DNA of 61,305 nucleotides, filler included, from Platydemus manokwari (Eukaryota): NCBI GenBank assembly GCA_037951405.1. It is 5 parts of 5 records of this genome, joined end to end, with 100 filler letters (N's around TTAATTAATTAA, not from the genome) between each part and the next. Parts side by side here need not be neighbours in the genome. Positions count along the whole stretch, not along the records: positions 1 to 11,514 come from JBBMOY010635546.1; positions 11,615 to 27,286 come from JBBMOY011259207.1; 3 more parts are not named here. One strand, 5' to 3'. Shown piece by piece: positions 1 to 13,042 of this stretch (position 1 is its first letter; each line of letters starts with the position of its first letter). The notes under the pieces were generated by a model. It saw only the letters and a program-made list of their open reading frames with translations, ran no database searches and was not told where the DNA came from. The position numbers and the translations under genes were made by a program.

Positions 1-794
1 CTTTTTAAAAAAGAAAATAAGAAAAAAAATTACAAAAAATGATTAACACCGATAGTGGACAACAAAACATTAAAATATCAAAAAAAGAATAGTTTAAAAC
101 AAAGTTACGGACCAATAGTGGTTAAAATAAATCAATTATAAAACATTGAAAAATAACTAGTAGCGATTACATAATATGAAATAAGGATGACAAATTTTAT
201 TCCTAAATTTTGTGTTGTAAAACATTAACTGTAAATATAAAGATAACCATTATGTTACTACTTACTATGATAAACATATAATAGAAATAATTTAAATAAA
301 TAATTTTAAATCATGTTATAAGATCAAAAGACTCATCATAATCACAGTCGATGGTTACGGAAACCCTTCATAAATACAAGTGCATAACTTATCAATTTGT
401 TTATTCACTAATTTTGTCATTAGCATTTTTATGAATCACTGAATTTACCGTTATAAATATATAAAATTTTATGACAATTCATTAAAAGACAAAATAATTC
501 TAAATATCATTTTATTGCAACAATTCAAAAACATATTTTTTCATAATAATTCAAAAATAGTAACTTCAATTTTTTTTGTGTTCTGTCAATTGTATCCATG
601 ATAATAAAGCTGATAACTTGTTATTTTGAAATTTTTTTCTAGGAATAACACGTCCAATTATTTTTGTTTTATAATTATCACATCGATTCATGGAAAAGAT
701 AGACATCCGCAAAAATTGTAGAAAATACCTAATTAAAAAAGAAATACTTTTTAATAAATCTTATCATCAATATTATTAAATTTTATTTAAACAG

Positions 795-1303
795 TCCCAC
801 ATTCAAGCAAAATGATAAGTTGCAGCGTCGGCAATAACTGTGGACAAAAATGAACACAAATATCGATTCACCAAAATTGTTTTACTGTGTTACATTTATT
901 ACTTGGGTCAATGAGAGAAAACAAAATTTGATTAACAAACTATGTTCGTCGACATGTATTCTAAGCAATTCCACTAAAGTTGATTCGATTTTGTGTTGCA
1001 CGAAGGATTTCTGTAATGACAAAGACAGAAGTTGGAATAATGGTAAAATTTAATTTATAAATTATAATTTTCTTATAACCAAAAGATATCTTATAAAAAT
1101 GTTAATATACAGATTTAAGTAGAAAATTAGAGCATTTAAATAATAATAAATCGTTGATTTCTCAAATTTAAACATTTTGCTATGATGAAACTTAAACATC
1201 GGAATTATTTATGGTAATTATAGTTGGTAATGAGTTCTTCATATTTATTTACATTATTTTATTAATCATCGTTATTATTATTTATATTAAAAAATTTCTG
1301 TAG
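795..1303 (+). pseudogene. Pseudogenised Ly6/uPAR (three-finger) domain exon (795-1042) plus a possible decayed transmembrane/GPI terminal exon (1113-1303)
   Basis: acAG|795, phase-1 exon reads ..MISCSVGNNCGQK*TQISIHQNCF[1-nt deletion]CVTFITW..KLCSSTC..SILCCTKDFCND..NG|GTAAAA at 1043. It has a premature TGA at 851, Cys2 changed to Gly, and a length of 248 (3n-1). The downstream exon after AG 1111-1112 has in-frame TAA at 1169 and 1193, then FFIFIYIILLIIVIIIYIKKFL*. Confidence 0.7.
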
Positions 1304-2729
1304 ATTTATTTTCCAGATAGTATTTTATGTTTTCTATATATTTTATAGTTTTTAGTTTTTAAAATAATTTTAAAGCTAGTATTTATATCTTCTGTTAAAT
1401 GCTTTTTATATTGATATATGTTGTTGTGTGATAGTTTCAGAATTTATTTGTTAAAATTTTGAGAAATGCAAATTACATTTATTGGCTTGAAAGAACTTTT
1501 TCACATAATTTAGTCATAATGTATAAATGAACAATTTGTCAATACAGCGTTTATTTCATTTTATTTTTTGAAAAAAATTTATTGTTACTATAATTTTTTT
1601 TAACATCGATTGTAATAAAGCAGCTTTGAAATTCATGTTAGATTTATTTAATGGGTTTATTAACAAAAAATATTTACGATATCAATATATTGTTATTTTC
1701 ATAATAATTATTACCATTATTATTATATTTTGTAATTATTTATTCCCTAAAAAAGATAATTTAACTTTGCTATCATGTTAAAATGAAATAAAATGAAAAT
1801 CTCTTTTGTTACTGTTATGCAACTGCTTAAACAATTCAAATAGTGCTAAATGTATAATTGGAACACAGGAAATGGTAACATTTTAGTTTTACATTTTAAA
1901 TTTAAAATTTAAATAGCTTAGCAAAATATATATTTTATTTAAATTATACAAAACTATGAAATTCATTTCAAAATTTTACATTTTCATTATTTTATATCTC
2001 TCATTTATACAAATCTTTGTTTAAATAGTTTAAATATCAATTGAAACTAACCTTTAATATTTAAAGAGTTCCATGCGGAGATATATTATAAAATATTATA
2101 ATATACCAACAATAAATAAATTTTGATGGGTACGATAATTTACAATACTAGTTGTTTTCTATGGAAGTGTATATTATATTTATATTTTTATATTTTCGCA
2201 TGTCGTTGTATTTTGTTTATTTTCTAATGATTATTGACACATTTATATGTCTATTTTTTATCCAATGGCTTATTTCTAATAAGTTAAAATAAACAATTCT
2301 CGCTAGCAATGTGCCATAATAATATCTTATGTGAAATATTTGTCTTCATGTTTAATTATTTACAATATTATTAGATTTTTTTTAATTTTTCGTATTATCA
2401 CTAATTTTTTTTTATAATTATAAACTATATATGAATTTATTTCTAAATAATTATTTATTCAATGTTACAATTCAGATAGCATGTGACAAAAACACATAAT
2501 AGAAACATTTAAAGGAAACATTTTCATTTTATATGTTATATTAATTAGTGTTTGATAAAATTGTATTTTACTGTAATGAATCACAATTCCGAAATTCATT
2601 TAAAAATCGTCTAAAAATGGTCTATACGATCATCTTACACGCAATAATTAAAACTAAGGCAAAACAAATTGTAATGGATATGATAATTTAAAATATTTCT
2701 TAAGTTCATTTATCACCCAATGCCATATT

Positions 2730-3450
2730 TCCAATATCATGTGTACCATTAAGTAATGCTTAAAAAATATAGAAAACTTGTGGATTGCAAAAAGCCCTTC
2801 CTTCGTGACTGTTTACATGAATTTTGAGAGTTCAAAAAGCAAAGGCTAATATTCTGTCTTTTCGATTATTATCTAAGTGGCTTAGAACACCGTCAATCGC
2901 TGTGAAACCATTTAAAATAATTTCTTTGTTTGGATCAGGAAAAGTCAAAATCGGAGCTGTGCATAATTGTTCCTTTAAGTTACAAAAACCTTCCTCACAT
3001 TTTGTAGTCTTATCCAATTTCTTGTCACTCCCGATGATCATTCCAAATAATAGAAGCGAAAATCATTTTCCAATTTAGATATGAGAATTGCTACCTTTAC
3101 TAACAATTTATAATTGCTGATTCTGAAAGGAAAAAGGGGAAATATAGTGTGTTACAATATCAGTGGACTTCATTGTTTATTATTCCAGTTATAGTCTGCT
3201 TGGCTGGTAACTATAGTAAATTTTAAGCAATCCACCACTAAAGGTTTGCATATTTTTCGAAATATTTTGATGCTGATTTATATTGGTATCCCAGATTTTT
3301 ATATCTGCTTATTTATACAAATATTATGGCATTAGTGCTGAAGAAACATTGTTTGGTTCTATGTTTATTATTGTTGATCTCTGATTTTTATTTTCCTTCA
3401 TTTTCATTATTACACTGCCACTAGGATGAATGCAGTACTCTATTGTTATT
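2730..3450 (-). mobile_element. Degenerate Ty3/Gypsy pol fragment (RT-RNase H connection and RNase H)
   Basis: Minus frame reads CEEGFCNLKEQLCTAPILTFPDPNKEIIL..AIDGVLSHLD..RILAFAF, followed by TVTKEGLFAIHKFSIFFKHYLM. These match the Gypsy consensus LxxAPILxxPD, GAVLxQ and YSxTExElLAixxAxxxFRxYL. Multiple stops and frameshifts; the 5' boundary is approximate. Confidence 0.75.
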
Positions 3451-6139
3451 TTAAATTTACTTTTCAAATCTTTAGTTATATTTTGATTTATTTTTACAAA
3501 TGCTCGTGTAACTTAATAAAAATACAACTCAAACTAGATTTAGTTGCAAATTCTAGCTAGTCTAAAAAGTCTAAAAAACGTAACGTATATACGTAAAAGT
3601 TGCGAATATATCCAACATAGATGGGCATAAAGAACTTTTTCTGAAACTGAGTTTTATCATTTTTAATAAAATTGTTATATTTGAAAGAGAAGTTCAATTA
3701 TAAACAATATATAAATATATAATTATACAAAATAAAATAAACATATTGTTATAAAAACATTATTAAGGAAAGAATAGAAAACTAGAAATAATAATTATTC
3801 TTAATATATAGTTATGAAATGGATGTTTGTAATTTTTAATAAATGATTTACTATTGTGTTTTGTTTAAATTGTTTTAAGTATTATTTATGCGAGAAATGA
3901 TTTTATATTTCTGTGTAATTCTTGTTTATTTATAAAATTAAAGAAAATATTATATATTATTTGAAAATATTAACAAAAGATATGTTTTGGCCCACTAGTT
4001 TTGAGCAAAACAAAATTATGGAATCCTAAAACAACAACACATCTCAAATCAAACAATTGACGAAGTTTCTCTCGATATATCAACTACAGATGATTTGAAT
4101 CGCGATATAATCAACCCAAATACAACCAATTCTGGAATAGAAACTAAAGAGAGAAACTTTGAAATAATTAACTCAGTTTTTCTAACAGAGATGTCTACCA
4201 TAGTCCTGGACAGTTCTATTGTTGAACCCCACTCACATGTGAATGAAATATCCATTACAATCAATATCGTCACGGAGGATTGATAAAACAAAATTCCACA
4301 ACAAACATTAAGTCAAACGTTTTCCACTTCATCAAAAGATTTCAATTAGAAAACGAAAAAGACGACCCAATAGCCGAATATATTGAAAAGAAAACTCAAC
4401 AAAAATGTGCAAATCAAGAAGTAATGCCGATATAAATGATCAAGAAAGCCCCATCTTCGAAAAATCAAAAAAAGTTCAGTAAAAATACTGAGCCTAATAG
4501 ATAGTGCGGACATCACAAAACCTACACAAGGAACGATCGCTGTCAACCCTCCCCATCCCATGATTATTAGATAGCGAGAAGAACTTGTGTGACTTATGTG
4601 GAATCTGACTTATCCAGTGCAATCAAAAGGTCATTGGTGTCAAATAACACATTAACCAATCACAGACGGAAAGGACAATCATTTAATTTACCTTTTTTCA
4701 ATACGCATGAACAAGTTGTATAATCGAATTCCATAGGTCAAATTCGTTACATTAATAATCAGCGAAAACTCATTTAACACATTTAACCCGAGCACAAAAG
4801 TTTTCGCTTATAAATTTGCTAGCCATTTTACAATGATAACAATTTTTGACCAAACAAATTTGTAAATAATTACAAACTGGTGATGATTATAAATTATAAA
4901 CTTCAAAGTTTGAAAACTAAATCTTACATTTCGTACCAATTTAAAGACAAAAAAAATTTATAAATAAAGATTCAAAATTACTCGTGAATTAATTTTCAGA
5001 ATTATTCTGTTTATTTATCATTATTTTCATTTTGATTTATCTTTAACAATATAATTCTATTCTTTATTTCCTAATAAATCACTAGTTTACTTAAATTGTA
5101 ATGTAGCATCATTAAGTGATTTCATTCTTCAAAACACCTTTAATCAATGCAAAAGTGGTTTATTCACTCTAGTTTAAGCGCTATTAATGCTAGTAATTTA
5201 AAAAGGAACTGTAATTGATTAATTATATATAAATGTTTCAATTTTTCAATATGGATTATCTAAAATTATAATCCAATTCCTAAATTGAAATTTATTTTTG
5301 TCCAATCTTGTGGATATCAAACATAAATTAATACTTAAGTAATTAAAAAGAATAATTAGAATATTTACAATAAAATTTATAAAATTTTAAATAACATGGT
5401 TTGTTTCAAATATTCAAACAAATATTTAATTATCTTTACATTCCTATTTATAATAAAAATAAATTAATTTAATTTTGATATTTAACTGTAATTTAAATAA
5501 GTTCTTAAATGATTTTAACTTATAATTAAAAAGTTACTTTAGTTCTTTTACAAGATTTGTAAAAGTTTAATGATTAAATTAATGAATTACTTTAATTTTC
5601 GTTATTATAACCTATTTTTGCATTTATAGTTCTAAATAATAATCATTCAATAGTTGATGTTACGCTAGTTCTGGTCAAAAAATGAAATAAATAACGCAGT
5701 TTGATAGCATAAATTTGACTTGCTTTTTGTCAAAATCGGACAATTATTACTTAGATAAAGAGTAATAAAACATCAGTTATTAAAAATATTTTAGCATAAT
5801 TTTTCTCATGGGAATGAATTAATAATTCTTAATAATTATAAGGAATAATTTTGGAAATCTATAACCAGAAAAATAATTAATAAGTACATTTATACACGAT
5901 TTTAAATAAAATTAATGTTGTAATGAAAAATAATTTTTGATTCCTGCGAGAGAACCTGTTGAAATTAGTAAATAAAGTATTGCCTATTTTTATATTTTTA
6001 TATTAACCATATTATAAGCTAAAAAGAAAATTATTTTTATCATTTTCACAGATTTGAGTTTCAACTTTTGTAGTTAAATTTAATGTTCTTTGCATTTCCT
6101 ATCTGACCCACTGGTTTAATTGTGAGTTAAAAAATATAT

Positions 6140-6390
6140 TGTTTGGAAAACATAGAAATACTAATGCTCTACTCAGACAGTGAGGAGAGCCAAAAGAGAA
6201 AACCCCATCCACCATCAGCTCTTATAGTGAATGGAGGCAAAGGCGAACTGAAGAGAATTCTCAATAACAACAGCAACCATCTGAAGAATGTGTGTTAGAA
6301 TGCCAATAAAACTTTCAATAGGACAACAAAACCCGCTATACCGATTTCCATAAAACTTATAAAACCAAACCCAAAATGGGAAACTTCGTT
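6140..6390 (+). repeat. Dispersed repeat copy A (homologous to 21200-21475 in reverse orientation)
   Basis: Shared words TTTGGAAA(A/G)CATAG..CTA(A/G)TGCTC(T/C)ACTCAGA(C/T)AGTGAG and ATAAAACCAAACCCAAAATGGGAAACTT occur here and in the reverse complement of 21200-21475. Confidence 0.75.
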
Positions 6391-9106
6391 AATTCGAAAT
6401 TGATATTTATATAACTTGATAATAAAATCAATATCTAAAATCGTACACTGAACTGTGAAGGATCCATCTTCAGAGTTATATTATAAAATATATTTACCAT
6501 AATAAGGAGCAATAATCGAGTTCTCACGATCTCAGTGCGATAAAAATACCAAATTGTTATTTTAACTAATTGTTTGAGTTAAAAGGATTGAGCGAATTTT
6601 ATTGTAAATTTGCTTTTGTTAATTATAAATAAAGATCATAAATAATTTGTGTGTTCTTGATTTATTTTCTATATCGATAAAATAATAAAGGAACTCACGC
6701 TATTGAGTTGGTTAACAATAAATAAACACCTCATACTACCCAACAATATGTTATATATTTGTATTTTCTATGTAGCTATCAAGTAATATTCACATTCAAA
6801 TTTATGTCTTGCTTTTTAAATTAAATATTTATTAAACTATCAGATTTTTTGTAAGCTTAATGCATTTGAATGAAAATCGACCAGCCGAACAAATCTTAAT
6901 TTTTAAAGTAAATGTCATATTTCAATAAATTATTTTTACTACCTCCTTTATATTGTCTGGATAAATTTTAATATTTCTCTACATAAGATGGTATTTTCAT
7001 AGTATTTTCGATTATTTCTAAAATAAATTATTAAAAAAGATATTTTGTTGAAGTTAATTTGAAATTTAAGTTTAATTCTAATTTATAAATAAGCTAATTT
7101 AATTCAATAAACTTGTCTAAGGTTCAAAATTAACTGGTGAACATTGTTATTTATAAAATTTATTATTGAATAAAAGTAATTATTTTTCTGATTAAAATAC
7201 TGATCATAGCAACTAGAAAATAGTTATGGGTTACTGAATATCTCAAATTTTATTTAACATCATTCAAAACCAATACAATTCCACGAGTACAAGTGCTGCA
7301 TAAATTTATTAATGTACTAATTTTGTTATAATAGTTTTTAAATTTTGTTTAAAATGATTTAGACACTTCAGAAAGCTTTCAAAAATATTTAAGCATTGTT
7401 AAATAATAAAATATAAATTTGTTATTTGCAGCTAAAACAAGAAAATTCAAATAATTGTGAAAACATTATTTAAAAATTATTGGCGAAGAAATACAAAATT
7501 TAGTGTATCAAATACAAATAAAATTACAGTTTCTGAATAATTTATTCAAAGACAAAATAACAAAATGTTATTTTATATAATAACCTAAAAATTTATTTTC
7601 AATGCCTAACCACGTCATTCATTAATTGCAAGTCCAGTATAGTTACAGTATGTTGATTGTATCTATGTCAATAATATAACAATGATGATAAGTTTAATTT
7701 ATTAATATTTTTACAAAATTTTCTGAAAATATCATCATTCATTAATATTTTATGGAATAATAATCACATGTGTTCAGAGGGAAGATAAATTATATTATCT
7801 CTGCCCAAATGTAGGAAAATGAACAAATACCAATGTGCCAAATAAATATGAGTGGCAAACTTAGAAATTTTTTTTTATTTTCGAGAATAAAATCAATAAT
7901 CTATTTTTAATAAATATTTAGACTTTGAACTTCTTTTATGAAAACTAAATTTTACAGGCAACATGTTTTTATTTAAATATTATTTAATTAGATTGCATTA
8001 AATATACCGCCACGAATATAATAGATTATTTTCCGTGTATTCAACACGAGTAAAAATAACATCGGTTGTCTAAAATTTATTGTTTTTCTGTTTTTTAGTA
8101 TCAGTTATTTAATCAGTTTTGATTTTAATATTTTATTTAGCATTACTATATAAAGTAATTTATTTACTAAATATGCTTCTTAACAACAATAATGCAAAAT
8201 TATGTGATATTTATGTAATGTTTATTACCAAGAACGCTGTAAATTAGCACATCTAAAAATATTAAAAATTGCTAAATTCAGACATTTTTTGATATATAAA
8301 TTTACCTTTTTTTGTAAAGTATTTCTAAAATATTAGTAGAATTATGAAAAACATCTATTTCTTTATGTTTTGTAATGCAAATTTTATGTTTTTAAGGGGA
8401 GTCTAAATTTACCACTTAATTGATCCTAGAATTAAGGTGCGCATAAATAAATTGAACCATAAAATAATTTATTATCAACATTTATATTTAATTTTTATTA
8501 TTGGCAGGCTATAATGAATCAGTTAATTACAAAACATTATATTTGTCAATGAAACTGTAATTAACCATTACATATCATTAATGATTAATTAAATTCAAAG
8601 TACTTCTTACACGAAACTTGTTGAACAGTGTACAACTTAAATATTGAAATAATTATTGTTCAAAATTGACAATGAGAATGATTTTCCAATTCTTATCTTA
8701 ATTAATGAACTGTAAATTAGTTTTATATAAAGAAATAAAATTGATGGTTCGAAGAGTAAACATGAAATAATAACTAAATTATGCTATAAATAATGCACAT
8801 ATGTATATCTTAAAATCTTTATATATATATATCCGATGTTTATTAAATGGTGAATACATAATTAAATAGAAAAATAGAAGTTGATCCGAAATAAAATGAT
8901 GAAACGATAATTAATGATAGTTACACATAATCCAAACAAGTCTGTGTTATAATTTGCTTTCAATATTACCATAGATACCTAACATTCTGCTTACATTTCT
9001 ATTAAGAGATAGTATATACTACCAATAGTTTTGCACATTATCTTTTCTATTTTCCTTTCTCTCTCGATAATTATAACTAAAGAGTAACCATATAAAAATT
9101 ATAAAA

Positions 9107-10677
9107 ATGATATTCAGCTTCACTTTGTTTGTTGCAATTTGTTTCATGAGTAAGTTATGAAATTATATTTTAGAATAAATCATTTTTTTTAATTTAAATG
9201 TTTTTGTATTTGTTATAAGATATAACTATTTGGAATTATTATTTTTGCAATTAATTATTTAATTGTTTTTTGATAATTTATATTGTTTGTGGGAAAGTCA
9301 TTTGTAAGAAATACCTCTCAAGAATGATATTTTGATTTTCTTTACATGCTTATTTTTAAACTGATATATTCAAATATTTTAAACGAAATTATTATATTTA
9401 GATTGTTTTCAAAGTGGTGCAATCAAATGCAACGTTTGCCAAAATTGCACGATTAGTAAAATCCAAATTGAAATGAAAATTTTACTTCAAACTAATTGTT
9501 CATTCTGTATGTCAACAATATACAGGCAATCGATAAATAATTCCAACATCATAAACCAATATTGTTTACCGAGCTGCAATCCTCCAGTTGTTGAAAAAAA
9601 TAAGATTATTATTTGCTGCAGTAGTGATTATTGCAATGATAATGCTGGCTATGGTTTAATGAAATTAAGTTGTTCGATGCATTTTATCTTATAAAATTGA
9701 ATTCTTTTTAGATAAACAATCTTTGTATGCTTGTTTTGTTTGTACAGATTGCCATGAAAAATATTTCTCAATTTTCCATCGTTGCAATTTTTGCATGACA
9801 ACAATTAAAGTTATTAACACATCCATCAAAAGGTATTTGATATCGAGTTCTTGTGTTCAAAAGTGCGACATAAATATTGTCAATTCAGCAACATCGATTT
9901 ACTGTTGTCAATCTAATTTATGTTTTGCAAGACAGCTACGTGGTATTTAATTTGTATCTTGATCATTCGCAACTTAAAAAATCAAATTCTATTTGCAGGA
10001 TTTTTCAGTAGCGTCATATGTAGGATATGTCAAAGTTGTAATGACCATCAAAAAAATATCATATTTCAAAAAAATTGCAATTATTGTTTATATGAAATAA
10101 AACGTGATCAGGAAAACAGAATTACGCATAACAAATTTTGTTCAGAAAAGTGTCAGTTAATCCACTCGAGCAATGCATCAGTAATATCTTGTTGCAATTA
10201 TCGCTACTGCAATAGTCATTTGGAATATGAAATAAAAGGTTTATTTTAATTTCCTTGTTGAATTTATCAGATAAACATTTTTCATAAAATTTTTCCAAAT
10301 TTAGAAATGTAATATTTTTTATTATATATATATAATATAAAAACAAAAAATATGTTTGATTCGTTAATAGTGCTGTGTGTAATAAAACGTTCCGTTTGAA
10401 AAATACCGTATTTATCCAATCAAAAGCATTACTTTTATTATGATTATTAGACTGGCCAATTAATGATAAAATCAACTGCAGAGTTTGTGAGAATTGTAGT
10501 CAAAATGGTGTTATACAAATCAACACAAATTGTTCGGCGTGTATGACAACGATGAGAAAATCCCGTGCAAAATTATGTCTGAAAAAGTGTCCAACAATTT
10601 TGTCTTACTCAGCTAAAATAGTTTGTTGTAAGACAAATTATTGCAATGAAGAAATTCCAGGTTATTTGAAAGGTTAG
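9107..10677 (+). CDS. Secreted or surface multi-domain Ly6/uPAR (three-finger, CD59-like) protein with four tandem domains
   Basis: Exon 9107-9149 encodes MIFSFTLFVAICFM + A|GTAAGT (signal peptide). Domain exons are 9402-9653, 9712-9942, 9999-10238 and 10451-10672 (or read-through to stop at 10677). All four are AG/GT-bounded, phase 1-1, 3n long and stop-free, each with CxxCxxC...CxxC...CxxxC...CCxxxxC(N) (10 Cys). The terminal exon was not identified. Confidence 0.85.
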
Positions 10678-11442
10678 AACAAGTTTTGAATATTTAGACG
10701 ATTTAAAATGAATTACTATTTGATTTGTCTGGTAAAACAGTATTTTTATGATTGAAACTTGAGATCTTCTTTCTTAATAAATTATTGATTTTAAGATTTA
10801 TATTGGGGATAATATTGGTGAAAATTTTAAATGAAATTTAAACATTATTATTAAATAAAAATAACTAATTAGGATTATTTAGTTTTACCGACATCAAATA
10901 GTCTAAGCTAGGTAATAATAAACATATTAGTACATGGTATTGGCGCAAATCAAATATAGAAATCATTGGATTAAAAGGATTATAGCTAATATTTTTTGAA
11001 TTAAAATATAAAATCTTAATCAAATTATATTTTATTGGGTTACATTTTCATGAACAACAGTGTAGAGTTTTCTATTCTGCAAATACGATACATTCAATGA
11101 AAACAATACTAATTTAGTAGATCCTATTATTGATGATTATGAACGCAAGTTTAAATTATAAGAAGCTAAAAATAAATAATGAGTACCAACTTTGCAAATC
11201 AGTGATAGTAGGAAACAAGAAATAATGATTTTTAAAATTTATCATGTTTATAAAAAGTAGCAGCAAAATATTAAAGTTAGATACAAAATACTAATCACAA
11301 GAAATTGTGCAAGGAAAGTAAATTTTTCTGGAAAAAAAATCTTGCAATTAGCAGAAAATTAATAATTATTAGATATTTAGCAAGATGTGTATGGAGAGGA
11401 TTAGAACAAATAAGTAGATAACTAATTTTTTTAAGATCTTCT

Positions 11443-11443
11443 A

Positions 11444-11514
<71 letters not shown>
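11443..11514. repeat. (ATT)n microsatellite at contig end
   Basis: About 24 perfect ATT units running into the spacer. Confidence 0.95.
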
Positions 11515-11614
11515 NNNNNNNNNNNNNNNNNNNNNNNNNNNNNNNNNNNNNNNNNNNNTTAATTAATTAANNNNNNNNNNNNNNNNNNNNNNNNNNNNNN
11601 NNNNNNNNNNNNNN
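11515..11614. other. Artificial contig-concatenation spacer
   Basis: 44 N + TTAATTAATTAA (stops in all six frames) + 44 N = 100 nt; identical at four places in the window. Confidence 0.97.
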
Positions 11615-13042
11615 CAACTTCCTTATTCAAAACATACATAACTAACAATCTATTAATTTTATTTCTTTAATAAATTTATCATCAAAAGTCAAATTACCAC
11701 AAATTTCAATAATCTTTGGTTTCCGACTACAATACTCCCAAAAACAATATCAATTTAGGAGCTATAACTCCTAATTTAATTTAATATATTAACAAAATTT
11801 TTAGGTGACGTATCATTAAAAATCATAGTCTCTGTTTAATAGCAATTAATATTGATTCCCTCATTCTTTAAACACATATTTTTGTTTTTCCTCATCTTGT
11901 GCGATGTATGACATAATTATTTATGAAGAAAAATTATTATAATTTAAAATTTGAAAGACAAACTAAGCAGTAAACAAATATAAGTATAAAAATTCAGACT
12001 ACAATAAGTAAACTTAAAGTTAAATATTGATAAAAATATAAAAATATTAAAAAAAATATGCATTTAAAATTTAAAAATTTATGCACCCTCAAAGAGAGAT
12101 TTATAAAAATTATATCAAAATTAAAAAAATAAAAAAATTGTTTTAGCACTATAAATTATTTTTTATATTTAGTTTAAATGACTTCAAGGCCACCTGGAAA
12201 GTATTCAAAGTATATGGAAATTTAATTTATAAAATCTATTTCTAGCAATTGTCAGTAATAAAAACAGTGCAGGTCAATTTAGCAACTTAAGTACCTAAAA
12301 ACGGTAGGATGTTGCAAAATTTTTGGCATGATATTTTTAGAGCTGCTAAAGACAGAACAAAAAATAATACACATATATCACACATGCTACAAGAAACAAT
12401 GTACAAGAGAAAACTAAGTCATTCATACTCACTTTATTGTTAACACCTAAGCTTAGCATTAGCAGTCAGTACTTAGAGCTAATTTCAATTATTGCCTCTA
12501 ATTGCGAGAATGTTATTTATTGATACAGAAGACTTATTAACAAGAAGCATTTTTCTACAAAATATTTTCCAAACCTATGCAGCCATTTCTACTAATATTA
12601 TTAAGATAAGTAATTCTTATTATTACACCTCCACAGCTATTTCGATAACTGAGTGGTTGTTTTAAAATGCCTAGGACTCTCTTATTTATCTCACTCTTTA
12701 GTTTTTGATTATGTTTATCTAAACAGAAGTAATAAGTAGGAAATTTACATTATATTTTTTATGCATCGTAAGAAAATTAAATTTTATTTTATTTTAAAGA
12801 AAGTTTTCAACTAGTCTCAGCTAAATGTAACATCCATCTTTAAATAATTTTGTTTATTAATTTCAGTTATTAAATAAAATTGCTTGTTTATTTCAATAAA
12901 ATATAAAACTAAAATAAATCTAAATTGTACGAATTTTAAGCTTATAAATTTTCAATTAACATTAAATGTTTCTTGTTTTAAATATTTAATATATTTCAAA
13001 ATTTTTTTCAAATAATTTTGAATTAGTAAGTGCTAATTATTT

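Noticed and set aside
850-1053. ORF-track protein starting MNTNIDSPK as a complete small gene
   Set aside because: Its N-terminus is the wrong frame of a frameshifted Ly6 exon; the homologous frame upstream contains a TGA.
1113-1303. In-frame TAA/TGA codons as a sign of a variant genetic code or selenocysteine
   Set aside because: CASK, septin and DHX37 use standard stops and have no internal ones; the same locus also has a frameshift, so decay explains it.
4000-4900. T/N/S-rich ORFs with a CDLC word
   Set aside because: Low complexity, multiple stops and no splice or domain support; probably TE debris.
11559-11570. Recurrent TTAATTAATTAA palindrome between N runs as a biological repeat or CRISPR-like array
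   Set aside because: Exactly 44 N on each side at all four sites; this is a six-frame-stop assembly linker.
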